Positions 22,338 to 33,658 of a DNA stretch of 53,084 nucleotides are shown here, one piece after another (position 1 is the stretch's first letter; every line of letters starts with the position of its first letter). The notes under the pieces were generated by a model. That model saw only the letters and a program-made list of their open reading frames with translations. It was not told the DNA's origin and searched no databases. This DNA comes from Reclinomonas americana ATCC 50394 (Eukaryota): contig PS015366.1 in the NCBI GenBank assembly GCA_048213135.1, positions 54,486 to 107,569 on the forward strand. Direction: 5' to 3'. The translations under genes were made by a program, and so were the position numbers.

Positions 22338-22823
22338 ACTCCCGATGGTCAACATGTCGTGAGCGTGAGTCAGGACATGACGATTCGCGTGTGGTCACTT
22401 GCGAGTGGTGAGGAGGTGCGGGGGTTGGTGGGACACACTGACGCAGTGGCTTCTGTCGCCGTCACCGCAGATAGTAAGTTTGTCGTGAGTGGTAGTGATG
22501 ACATGACAGTGCGAGTGTGGTCACTGGCCAGTGGCGCGGAGGTGCGACGACTGGAGGGACACACCGAGTGGGTGTCGTCTGTCGCCGTAACCCCCGATGG
22601 TCAGCACATCGTGAGTGGAGACGGTGACGACACGATACGAGTGTGGTCCACGGCGCGTGGATTGGCATGGCAGGAGCTTGCAGCCGCGCGCTCGGCTGTG
22701 CAGGCCATCAACGAGCTCCTTGTTGACGAGGATGATCGCGACTGGATCCTGGTGGATGTCGTGCTGCGGTGTTTCGTGCTGGAGGATGCAGAGGTGGTGG
22801 AGGGTCGTGCGCCTGGGTGGTAG
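22338..22823 (+). CDS. WD40 array gene B2 (3' part only; 5' in gap)
   Basis: Last ~2.5 repeats plus tail. Confidence 0.75.
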   Translation, partial: TPDGQHVVSVSQDMTIRVWSLASGEEVRGLVGHTDAVASVAVTADSKFVVSGSDDMTVRVWSLASGAEVRRLEGHTEWVSSVAVTPDGQHIVSGDGDDTIRVWSTARGLAWQELAAARSAVQAINELLVDEDDRDWILVDVVLRCFVLEDAEVVEGRAPGW

Positions 22824-23227
22824 GTACATGAAAGCTACTTGCCTCCCAGTGCCAGACTGANNNNNNNNNNNNNNNNNNNNNNNNNNNNNNNNNNNNNNNN
22901 NNNNNNNNNNNNNNNNNNNNNNNNNNNNNNNNNNNNNNNNNNNNNNNNNNNNNNNNNNNNNNNNNNNNNNNNNNNNNNNNNNNNNNNNNNNNNNNNNNNN
23001 NNNNNNNNNNNNNNNNNNNNNNNNNNNNNNNNNNNNNNNNNNNNNNNNNNNNNNNNNNNNNNNNNNNNNNNNNNNNNNNNNNNNNNNNNNNNNNNNNNNN
23101 NNNNNNNNNNNNNNNNNNNNNNNNNNNNNNNNNNNNNNNNNNNNNNNNNNNNNNNNNNNNNNNNNNNNNNNNNNNNNNNNNNNNNNNNNNNNNNNNNNNN
23201 NNNNNNNNNNNNNNNNNNNNNNNNNNN

Positions 23228-23720
23228 TCCCGATGGTCAACATGTCGTGAGCGTGAGTCAGGACATGACGATTCGCGTGTGGTCACTTGCGAGTGGTGAG
23301 GAGGTGCGGGGGTTGGTGGGACACACTGACGCAGTGGCTTCTGTCGCCGTCACCGCAGATAGTAAGTTTGTCGTGAGTGGTAGTGATGACATGACAGTGC
23401 GAGTGTGGTCACTGGCCAGTGGCGCGGAGGTGCGACGACTGGAGGGACACACCGAGTGGGTGGCGTCTGTCGCTGTCACTGCAGATGGCCAGCACATCGT
23501 GAGTGGAGCCGGAGATGGCACGATACGTGTGTGGTCCACGGCGCGTGCCCTTGCCGGACAGGAGGTCGTGGTCGCGCGATTTGTTATACAGGCCGTCAAT
23601 GAGCTCCTTGTTGACGAGGATGATCGCGACTGGATCCTGGTCGACGTCGCTCTGCGTTGTTTCGTGCTGGAGGATGCAGAGGTGGTGGAGCGTCGGGCCC
23701 CGGGGTGGCATGAAGCGTGA
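23228..23720 (+). CDS. WD40 array gene B3 (3' part only; 5' in gap)
   Basis: Last ~2.5 repeats plus tail ending GWHEA*; first ~235 nt identical to B2. Confidence 0.75.
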
Positions 23721-23947
23721 TGAGGGAGTTCACTGTCAAATGAACATGAATCCAAAGCGAATTCGAAGTGCCAAGTCATTGTTCCACTGTTCCGAGACAA
23801 TCGTCGTCGTGCCAGTCTGCAGAGATACACTCGCTCCGCCTTCGCAACCACGCATGAACGCGTGCAGGGAACCGAGGTGGCGACAGCTTGGACGGGGGAG
23901 GACAAACGCGAGCCCAATTCACACTCACAGACACACGCGAGAACAGG

Positions 23948-25057
23948 ATGATCACCGAGGTGCGTGCGTGTGCAGCACCCTACTCGTCTGTTCCCGGTGC
24001 GTCTCACCGCTGGCGGGTGGCGCAGATCTTCAAGGGACACACTGCTGATGTGATGTCTGTCGCCGTCACTCCCGATGGTCGGTACATCGTCAGCGGCAGC
24101 AATGACCACACAGTGCGTGTGTGGTCACTGGTAAGTGGGGAAGAGGTGTGGCGGCTGGAAGGACACACTGACTCGGTGAATTCCATCGCCGTCACTCCCG
24201 ACGGTCAGCGCATTGTCAGCGGTAGTGATGACGGCACTTTACGTGTGTGGTCATCGACGAGTGGCAAGGAGGTGCACCGGTTGGAAGAACACACTGGCAT
24301 GGTGTTCTGTGTTGCCACCGCTCCCGATAGTTCACACGTGGTGAGCGGGAGCTATGACGAGACAGTGCGACTGTTGTCACTGGCAACTGGCGAGGAAGTG
24401 CAACGATATGAGGGACACGCAGGAATCGTGTTGTGTGTCACCGTCACTCCCGATGGTAAGCACATTGTGAGCGGGGGTGACGACGAAACGGTGCGACTTT
24501 GGTCACTGGCGAGTGGTGAGGAAGTGCGACGGTATGAGGGACACACAAGCTGGGCGTCGTCTGTCGCCGTCACTCCCAATGGTCAGCAGATTGTGAGCGG
24601 CGGCGGCGACAAAACAGTGCGAGTGTGGTCTCTGACAAGCGGGGAAGAAGTTCTGCGACTGGAAGGACACGTTGGAGCGTTGTCGTCTGTCGCCGTCACA
24701 CCTGATGGTCAGTTTGTCGCGAGTGGGAGTTACGACAAGACTGTGCGAGTGTGGTCACTGGTGAGTGGCGAGGAGGTGCGGCGACTGGAGGGGCACACTA
24801 TGTGGATATTCTCTGTTGCCGTAACCCCCGATGGTCAGCATATCGTGAGTGGAGACGGTGACGACACGATACGAGTGTGGTCCACACTGCGTGGGCTTGC
24901 CCAGCAGGAGCTCGTGGTTGCGTGGTCGGCTGTGCAGGCCATCAACGAGCTCCTTGTTGACGAGGATGATCGCGACTGGATCCTGGTGGATGTCGTGCTG
25001 CGGTGTTTCGTGCTGGAGGATGCAGAGGTGGTGGAGGGTCGTGCGCCTGGGTGGTAG
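23948..25057 (+). CDS. WD40 array gene B4 (MITE exon; intron 23960-24025)
   Basis: Same architecture as B1. Confidence 0.9.
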   Translation: MITEVRACAAPYSSVPGASHRWRVAQIFKGHTADVMSVAVTPDGRYIVSGSNDHTVRVWSLVSGEEVWRLEGHTDSVNSIAVTPDGQRIVSGSDDGTLRVWSSTSGKEVHRLEEHTGMVFCVATAPDSSHVVSGSYDETVRLLSLATGEEVQRYEGHAGIVLCVTVTPDGKHIVSGGDDETVRLWSLASGEEVRRYEGHTSWASSVAVTPNGQQIVSGGGDKTVRVWSLTSGEEVLRLEGHVGALSSVAVTPDGQFVASGSYDKTVRVWSLVSGEEVRRLEGHTMWIFSVAVTPDGQHIVSGDGDDTIRVWSTLRGLAQQELVVAWSAVQAINELLVDEDDRDWILVDVVLRCFVLEDAEVVEGRAPGW

Positions 25058-25362
25058 GTACATGAAAGCTACTTGCCTCCCAGTGCCAGACTGAGTGAAG
25101 CGCTGATCAGTGTGAAGTGAAGTGCCACCCTCCACCATGCAAGTCAATGTTTCATTGTTTCGAGACGATATCGATCGCTGCCGCGTAGATCGGCAAAGAT
25201 CCACTCCCCCGACCTTCATACCCGTGCACCTAGATGTGTACGAGCGCAGGATGTTAACGTGGCGGCAGCTTTGAAGCTTGAAGAACGAGGGAAAATGGCG
25301 CGAGGAGTGAGGACAAACTCGAGCCCAATTCACACTCACTCACACACACACGCGAGAACAGA

Positions 25363-26478
25363 ATGATCACAAAGGTGCGTGCGTGCGTGGCATCCTTCTT
25401 GTCTGTTCCCGGTGCGTCTCACCGCTGGCGGGTGGCGCAGATCTTCAAGGGACACACTGCTGATGTGATGTCTGTCGCCGCCACTCCCGATGGTCGGTAC
25501 ATCGTCAGCGGCAGCATGGACCACACAGTGCGTGTGTGGTCACTGGTAAGTGGGGAAGAGGTGTGGCGGCTGGAAGGACACACTGACTCGGTGAATTCCA
25601 TCGCCGTCACTCCCGACGGTCAGCGCATTGTCAGCGGTAGTGATGACGGCACTTTACGTGTGTGGTCATTGACGAGTGGCAAGGAGGTGCACCAGTTGGA
25701 AGAACACACTGGCATGGTGTACGTGCAGTCTGTCGCCGTCACTCCCGATGGTTCACACGCAGTGAGCGGGAACTATCACGAGGCAGTGCGAGTGTGGTCA
25801 CTGGCGACAGACGATGAAGTGCAACGATTTGCGGGACACGCTGGCACCGTATACTCGGTCGCTGTCACTCCCAATGGTGAGCATGTTGTCAGCGGAGGCG
25901 ACGACGGGGCAGTACTAGTGTGTTCGCTGGCGACTGGCGAGGACGTGCGACGGTATTTTGGACACGCGGGGATCGTGTTCTCGGTCGCCGTCACTCCCGA
26001 TGGTCAGCACATTGTGAGCGGCAGCGCTGACAAAACAGTGCGACTGTGGTCACTGGCCACTGGCGAGGAGGTGCGACGGCTAGAGGGGCACACTGGCGTA
26101 GTGTATTCTGTCGCCATTACTCCCGACAGTCAGTTTGTCGTGAGTGGCAGTGGCGATACGACGGTGCGAGTGTGGTCACTGGCCAGTGGGGAGGAGGTGC
26201 GGCGACTGGAGGGACACACTGCCTGGGTGTCGTCTGTTGTTGTCACTGCAGATGGTCAGCACATCGTGAGTGGAGGCGGAGACGAGACGATACGAGTGTG
26301 GTCCACACCGCGTGGGCTTGCCCAACAGGAGGTCGTGGTCGCGCGGTCGGCTGTGCAAGCCGTCAATGAGCTGCTTGTTGACGAAGATGAACGCGACTGG
26401 ATCATTGTGGACGTCGTGCTGCGGTGTTTTGTGCTGGAGGATGCAGAGGTGATAGTGCGTCGTGCGCCCGGGTGGTAG
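25363..26478 (+). CDS. WD40 array gene B5 (MITK exon; intron 25375-25440)
   Basis: Same architecture as B1. Confidence 0.9.
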   Translation: MITKVRACVASFLSVPGASHRWRVAQIFKGHTADVMSVAATPDGRYIVSGSMDHTVRVWSLVSGEEVWRLEGHTDSVNSIAVTPDGQRIVSGSDDGTLRVWSLTSGKEVHQLEEHTGMVYVQSVAVTPDGSHAVSGNYHEAVRVWSLATDDEVQRFAGHAGTVYSVAVTPNGEHVVSGGDDGAVLVCSLATGEDVRRYFGHAGIVFSVAVTPDGQHIVSGSADKTVRLWSLATGEEVRRLEGHTGVVYSVAITPDSQFVVSGSGDTTVRVWSLASGEEVRRLEGHTAWVSSVVVTADGQHIVSGGGDETIRVWSTPRGLAQQEVVVARSAVQAVNELLVDEDERDWIIVDVVLRCFVLEDAEVIVRRAPGW

Positions 26479-26775
26479 GTACACGAGAGCTACTTTGCCT
26501 CCCGGTGCCAGACTGAGTGAAGCGCTGATCAGTGTGAAGTGAAGTGGCACACTCCACCATGCAAGTCAGTGTTTCATTGTTTCGAGACGATATCGATCGC
26601 TGCCGTGTAGATCGGCAAAGATCCATCGACCGTCATACACGTGCATCTGTATTCGTACGAGCGCAGGATGTTGAAGGGGCGGCAGCTTTGCAGCTTGAAG
26701 AACGAGAGAAAATGGCGCGAGATTTGAGGAGACAAACGCGAGCCCAATTCACACTCACACACACGCGAGAACAGA

Positions 26776-27884
26776 ATGCTTACGAAGGTGCGCCACGCGT
26801 GATTCTCTTTCGTTGTCGCTGGTGCGTCTCACCGCTGGCGGGTGGCCAGATCTTCAAGGGACACACTGCGGATGTATTGTCTGTCGCCGTCACTCCCGAT
26901 GGCCTGCACATTGTGAGCGGCAGTGATGACCACACAGTGCGTGCGTGGTCACTGGTAAGTGGGGAAGAGGTGTGGCGGCTGGAAGGACACACTGACTCGG
27001 TGAATTCCATCGCCGTCACACCCGACGGTCAGCACATTGTCAGTGGCAGTGATGACGGCACTTTACGTGTGTGGTCTGTAACGAGTGGCAAGGAAGTGCA
27101 CCGGTTGGAAGAACACACTGGTATGGTGTACGTGCAGTCTGTCGCCGTCACTCCTGATAGTTCACACGTGGTGAGCGGGAGCTATGACGAGACAGTGCGA
27201 GTGTGGTCTGTGGCAACTGGCGAGGAAGTTCAACGGTTGGGGGAACGCATCGACTCCGTATACTCTGTCGCTGTCACCCCCGACGGTCGACACGTTGTGA
27301 GCGGGAGTCGGGATGAGACCGTGCGTCTGTGGTCACTGGCGACTGGAGAGGAAGTGCGACGGTATAATGGACACGAGGGGATCGTGTTCTCGGTCGCCAT
27401 CACTCCCGATGGCCAGTACATTGTAAGCGGGAGCAGAGATGTGACGATTCGAGTGTGGTCACTGACCACCGGCGAGGAAGTGCGCCGGATGGAGGGACAC
27501 GTTGGAGATGTGCAGTCTGTGACCATCACACCCGATGGTCAGTTTGTCGTAAGTGGGGGTTACGACAAGACAGTGCGAGTGTGGTCACTTGCCGACGGCG
27601 CGGAGGTGCGGCGACTGGAGGGACATACCGAGTGGGTGTCGTCTGTTGTTGTCACTGCAGATGGTCAGCACATCGTGAGTGGAGGCGGAGATGGCACGGT
27701 ACGCATGTGGTCCACGGCGCGTGCCCTTGCTGGGCAGGAGGTCGCGGTCGCACGGTTGGCAGTGCAAGCCGTCAACGAGCTGCTCGTTTACAATGATCTC
27801 GACTGGATCCTGGTTGATGTCGTGCTGCGGTGTTTCGTGCTGGAGGATGCAGAGGTGGTGGAGGGTCGCGCACCTGGGTGGTAG
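26776..27884 (+). CDS. WD40 array gene B6 (MLTK exon; intron 26788-26849)
   Basis: Same architecture; the 62-nt intron is not a multiple of 3, which supports real splicing. Confidence 0.9.
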
Positions 27885-28173
27885 GTGCACGAGAGCTACT
27901 TGTCTCCCGGTGCCAGGCTGGGTGAAGCGCTGATAAGTGTGAAGTGAAGTGCCACCCTCGTACCACGCAAGTCAATGTTTCATTGTTCGAGACGATATCG
28001 ATCGGCAAAGATCCACTTCCCCGACCTTCATACTCGTGCATCTACATTTGTGCGAGCGCAGGATGTTAACGTGGCGGCAGCTTTGCAGCTTGAAGAACGA
28101 GGGAAATGGCGCGAGGAGTGAGGACAAACGCGAGCCCAATTCACACTCACTCACACACACACGCGAGAACAGG

Positions 28174-29280
28174 ATGATCACAAAGGTGCGCCACGCGTGA
28201 TTCTCTTTCGTTGTCGCTGGTGTGTCTCACCGCATGTGGGTGGCGCAGATCTTCAAGGGACACGCTGCTGTTGTGAACTCTGTCGCCGTCACTCCTGATG
28301 GCCTACACATTGTGAGTGGCAGCGCTGACCGCACAGTGCGTGTGTGGTCTCTGACAAGTGGCGAGGAGTCACGGCGGCTGGAGGGACACACTGGAGGTGT
28401 GAACTCGGTCGCTGTCACTCCCGACGGTCAGCACATTGTCAGCAGCGGAGATGACAGAACTGTGCGTGCGTGGTCGCTGGCAACTGGCGAGGAAGTGCGA
28501 CGGTTGGAGGGACACACTTGGGGAGTGTTCTGTGTCGCCGCCACTCCCGATAGTTTGCACGTGGTGAGTGGGAGCTTTGACACGACGATACGAGTGTGGT
28601 CACTGGCCACTGGCGAAGAAGTGCAACGGTTGGAGGGACACACTGATACCGTGTTCGCGGTCGCTGTCACTCCCAATGGTGAGCATGTTGTCAGCGGAGG
28701 CGACGACGGAGCAGTGCTAGTGTGGTCACTGACTACCGGCGAGGAAGTGCGACGATATGATGGGCGCACTATCTGTTTGTCGTCTATCGCCGTCACTCCC
28801 GATGGCCAGCAGATTGTGAGCGGGAGTCAGGACGGTTCTGTGCGAGTGTGGTCACTGGCCACCGGTGAGGAGATGCGACGGCTGGAGGGGCACACTAATG
28901 CAGTGTATTCTGTTGCCATCACACCTGACGGTCAATTTGTCGTGAGTGGGAGTTATGACACGACCGTGCGAGTGTGGTCACTGGCTAGTGGTGAGGCGGT
29001 GCGACGAGTAGAGGGGTGCACTTTCTTGGTGAATTCTGTCGCCGTAACCCCCGATGGTCAGCACATCGTGAGTGGAGGCGGAGACGAGACGATACGAGTG
29101 TGGTCCACGGCGCGTGGATTGGCATGGCAGGAGCTTGCAGCCGCGCGCTCGGCTGTGCAAGTCGTCAACGAGCTGCTTGTTGACGAGGATGATCGCGACT
29201 GGATCCTGGTCGATGTCGTGCTGAGGTGTTTTGTGCTGGAGGATGCAGAGGTGGTGGAGCGTCGTGCGCCCGGGTGGTAG
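28174..29280 (+). CDS. WD40 array gene B7 (MITK exon; intron 28186-28248)
   Basis: Same architecture; the intron contains an in-frame TGA. Confidence 0.9.
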
Positions 29281-29588
29281 GTACATGAAAGCTACTTGCC
29301 TCCCGGTGCCAGACTGAGTGAAGCGCTGATCGGTGTGAAGTGAAGTGCCACCCTCGTGCCACGCAAGTCAATGTTTCATTGTTTCGAGACGGATATCGAT
29401 CGCTGCCGTGTAGATCGGCAAAGATCCACTCCCCCGACCTTCATACCCGTGCATCTAGATGTGTACGAGCGCAGGATGTTAACGTGGCGGCAGCTTTGCA
29501 GCTTGAAGAACGAGGGAAATGGCGCGAGGAGTGAGGACAAACGCGAGCCCAATTCACACTCACTCACACACACACACACGAGAACAGG

Positions 29589-30707
29589 ATGATCACAAAG
29601 GTGCGTGCGTGTGCAGCACCCTACTCGTCTGTTCCCGGTGCGTCTCACCGCTGGCGGGTGGCGCAGATCTTCAAGGGACACACTGCTGATGTGATGTCTG
29701 TCGCCGTCACTCCCGATGGTCGGTACATCGTCAGCGGCAGCAATGACCACATAGTGCGTGGGTGGTCACTGGTAAGTGGGGAAGAGGTGTGGCGGCTGGA
29801 AGGACACACTGACTCGGTGAATTCCATCGCCGTCACTCCCGATGGCCTGTACCTTGTCAGTGGCAGTGATGACAGCACAGTGTGTGTGTGGTCATTGACG
29901 ACAGGCGAGGAGGTGCGACGGTTGGAGGGACACATTTACTGGGTGAACTGTGTTGCCGTCACTCCTGATAGTTCACACGCGGTGAGCGGGAGCTATGACG
30001 AGACAGTGCGAGTGTGGTCGCTGGCGACTGGCGAGGAAGTGCAACGGTATGAGGGACACACTGGCACTGTATTCGCGGTCACCGTCACCCCCGATGGCGA
30101 GCATGTTGTGAGCGGCAGCGCTGATAAAACCGTGCGACTGTGGTCACTGGCCACTGGCGAGGAGGTGCGACGATATGAAGGACACGAGGGGATCGTGTTC
30201 TCGGTCGCCGTCACTCCCGATGGTCAGCACAAGGTAAGTGGCTACGATGACAGCAACATTATAGTGTGGTCTGTGGCTACCGGTGAGGAGATGCGGCGGT
30301 TGGTGGGGCATTCTGATGAGGTGTATTCTGTCGCCATTACTCCAGACGGTCAGTTTGTTGTCAGTGGCAGTGGCGACAACACAGCGCAGGTGTGGTCACT
30401 AGCCAGTGGTGAGGAGGTGCGACGATTAGAAGGGCACACTGGAACTGTGAGATCTGTCGCCGTAACCCCCGATGGTCAGCGCATTGTGAGTGGAGCCGGA
30501 GATGGCACGATACATGTGTGGTCCACACTGCGTGGGCTTGCTCAACAGGAGCTCGCGGTCGCACGGTTGGCTGTGCTAGTCGTCAACGAGCTCCTTGTTG
30601 ACGAGGATGATCGCGATTGGATCCTGGTCGATGTCGTGCTGCGGTGCTTCGTGCTGGAGGATGCAGAGTTGGTACAGCGTCGGGCCCCTGGGTGGCATGA
30701 AGCATGA
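29589..30707 (+). CDS. WD40 array gene B8 (MITK exon; intron 29601-29666)
   Basis: Same architecture; ends GWHEA*. Confidence 0.9.
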   Translation: MITKVRACAAPYSSVPGASHRWRVAQIFKGHTADVMSVAVTPDGRYIVSGSNDHIVRGWSLVSGEEVWRLEGHTDSVNSIAVTPDGLYLVSGSDDSTVCVWSLTTGEEVRRLEGHIYWVNCVAVTPDSSHAVSGSYDETVRVWSLATGEEVQRYEGHTGTVFAVTVTPDGEHVVSGSADKTVRLWSLATGEEVRRYEGHEGIVFSVAVTPDGQHKVSGYDDSNIIVWSVATGEEMRRLVGHSDEVYSVAITPDGQFVVSGSGDNTAQVWSLASGEEVRRLEGHTGTVRSVAVTPDGQRIVSGAGDGTIHVWSTLRGLAQQELAVARLAVLVVNELLVDEDDRDWILVDVVLRCFVLEDAELVQRRAPGWHEA

Positions 30708-31106
30708 CATCACGAGGATTTCATGTTGGTGTTGAAGAGCTCCGCGAGCCTCGCCTCGCCCTCGCCCTTGGCCTCGTCGTTCCGACTGGTCAGTGCGGCA
30801 AAGAGTCAGCTGGTCAGTGCAAGTCTGAACTGTGTCGCTGAGGGAGTTCGCTGTAAAACGCATGCGCTTGCCGCGTTGCGCGTGAACATGCGATCCATGC
30901 CAGCAGGGGAAGGAGTACCCTCGGGCCTCTTCCGTTGCCGAGCTGAGCGACCTATGCCGATCGCCTTCAACACGACGTGTAGCTGATCGCCCAGACTTCA
31001 AACACATGTAAAAGTCCACGCAGCTGTGTGCACACAATCAATGAAGGGGAAGGCGAAGCGCAAGTTGTCCTCGTCCTCTCATTTGCTTTCATTGAGTGCG
31101 GGAGAG

Positions 31107-33541
31107 ATGAGTGGCACCTCGAAACTTGACTATCTCAAGCGATACACCAGTGGCGGCTCTGAGCCCACAGGCAGCAGCGACTACATTGAAAAGAAGAAGA
31201 AAAAGAAGAAGAAGACAGCGACAACAACAGCAGCAAAGGCATGAAAAATGCATCTCTTTCTCTCACTTCTCTCTCTTTTTACTCATGTGTGCATGTGTGT
31301 GTGTGTGTTTAGACTGCCAACTTGGTGATTCACGATGAGGACTGGTCGTGGAATGTGGCCAGAAAGAAGGCTGCAGAGGAAGAGATCGAGGCTGAGTTGG
31401 ATGAAGGTTGGTGCATTCTTCTCTCTCTATTGCTCTCTCTCTCTCTCNNNNNNNNNNNNNNNNNNNNNNNNNNNNNNNNNNNNNNNNNNNNNNNNNNNNN
31501 NNNNNNNNNNNNNNNNNNNNNNNNNNNNNNNNNNNNNNNNNNNNNNNNNNNNNNNNNNNNNNNNNNNNNNNNNNNNNNNNNNNNNNNNNNNNNNNNNNNN
31601 NNNNNNNNNNNNNNNNNNNNNNNNNNNNNNNNNNNNNNNNNNNNNNNNNNNNNNNNNNNNNNNNNNNNNNNNNNNNNNNNNNNNNNNNNNNNNNNNNNNN
31701 NNNNNNNNNNNNNNNNNNNNNNNNNNNNNNNNNNNNNNNNNNNNNNNNNNNNNNNNNNCTCTCTTCTCCCTCCCTTCTCCCTCCCTTCTCCCACCCTTCT
31801 CCATCTCCTTCTCCTCCCCTTCTCCCTCCCTTCACCCTTCCTTCTCCCACTCCTCCTCCTCCCCCCGCAGACGAGAGACCAGTGGTAGTGAACGCGGATG
31901 AGTTCGGGTTGGACCAGAAGCTGCGACCGCGACGCCGAGACGCGGGCGAGGACGACGAATCGCGAGAGTGGCATCGTCCGCGCGCGCCAATCATTGAGGA
32001 TGGCAGTGGGTGGCAGGATGTGTCGGGAGTTGCGCCTGCATCCCTCTGCCCTCTTGCTTCTGTTATCATTGCGTCTCATTTGCCTGTGGCACGCGTAGTC
32101 GAAGGCCAGTCCCATGGATGAGGTGCGCGACGGCCGTCACTCACCGTCTGTCTTGCTGCTATTTCACGCCCTTCACAGGATGAATCATCGCCTCCACGTC
32201 GACGGCCGCGTCACGATTCACCGGATGTTGCGTTGTCTGGTTGGTCGTTCCTCCTCGTCGCCTGTGTTGCTCATCTCGCCTCGTCGCAGGCCTCGGTCGC
32301 CGACCAGTCGCCACCGCGCAGGCGACCGCGACACGACTCGCCCGATCCCACAGCCGCCGCAGACTTGTCGCCACCGCGGCGGCGAGTGCGTCACGATTCG
32401 CCTGATGTTGCGCTTTCTCGTCCGTCCCCTCCCTCCTCCCTCTTCGTCACTCACTCCGTTGGCATGTCACAGGAGAGCACTGGCGCGGCTGGTGATTTGT
32501 CTCCACCACGTCGGCGGCCTCGACACGACTCACCCGATCCGTCTGCCGACCTGTCACCTCCTCGCCGCTCCGCTCCTGCGTCCGCATCGGCGCGGTCGGG
32601 TGACGGAAGCGGTGACTTGTCGCCGCCGAGGCGGAAGGCGGTGGTGGATGGCGATGGAGGTGTGTTGATTGGTCTCCTCCTCTCTTTTCCTCTCTGCCCT
32701 TCGCCAACCATTCGCCGCACAGACCTGTCGCCACCGCGCAAGCGTGCGCGTGTGGACGCAGATGGCGACTTGTCACCGCCACAACGCCGACAAGGCCCGT
32801 CGTCGTCATCGTCGTCGTCTTCGGGCGCTGCATCTTCGCGCCGCCCCGTGGAAGCTGCGGTCATCAAGCAATCGGAGGACATGCGGGGCTTGCGCACCGC
32901 CGAGCAAATCAAAGCCGATGGCGAGAGGAGGCGTCAGGCTGAGCGGGATCGCTTGGCGAAGGTCGACGCGTCAGCCAGTGGACAGGGCGCGGACACGGTC
33001 TATCGCGATCGACATGGTGCGGCGCGCCACCTTCCATTTTCTATCATCATTTGTGTGGCCCACTGAAAGAAAACCACCGCTCGCAGGTCGTCGCATGGAA
33101 ATGTACGAAGCCATGCTCAAGCAGCAGCAGGGCGAAAAGGCGACGAGCGACGACGCGCACTTGGAGTGGGGTGGCGGTCTGAAGCAGAAGCAGGATAAGG
33201 AGGACGTGCAGTCGGCCATTCGCGCCGAGATGAGTCGTCCGTTTGCGCGCTACGCCGACGACGCCGAATTGGACACCCACCTACGCAGTCAGCAGCGCTT
33301 CGACGACCCCATGGCGCGCTTCTCCAGCTCCGCCGCCGGCGACAGCAAATCGAAAGCCAAGGACAAGAAGCCGCGCTATCGCGGTCCGCCGCCGCCGCCC
33401 AACCGCTTCAATATCCCGCCAGGCCACCGCTGGGATGGCATCGACCGCAGTAACGGATTCGAGAAGCGGTACTTTGAGATCATCAACCAGCGCAAGGCCA
33501 TTGGCGATATCATGTACGCCTTTAACAGCGAGGACATGTGA
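31107..33541 (+). CDS. BUD13: BUD13/CWC26 pre-mRNA retention and splicing (RES) complex protein, multi-exon
   Basis: N-terminal LDYLKRY and poly-K, LVIHDED, repeated RHDSPD/DLSPPRR motifs, TVYRDRHGRR, and C-terminal FDDPM...YRGPPPPPNRFNIPPGHRWDGIDRSNGFEKRYF...SEDM. Confidence 0.92.
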
Positions 33542-33658
33542 CGCGGCGCGTGTGAGCGATGAGAGTGAAAATCAAAGGAGAGATGAGCGATTTTTTCGTC
33601 TTATTTGCAAGTTTTCACGAGATTGAATGTGCGCTTGTGTGCAAGCAAGCAACCCGCG

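Noticed and set aside
22338-23465. Identical starts of B2 and B3 as proof of very recent conversion
   Set aside because: Both begin at gap edges, so repeat collapse or haplotype duplication cannot be excluded.
30710-31040. Coding-like minus-strand stretch (LFAALTSRNDEAKGEGEARLAELFN) between B8 and BUD13
   Set aside because: No consistent start or exon model and no recognisable motif; possibly a remnant, but unsupported.
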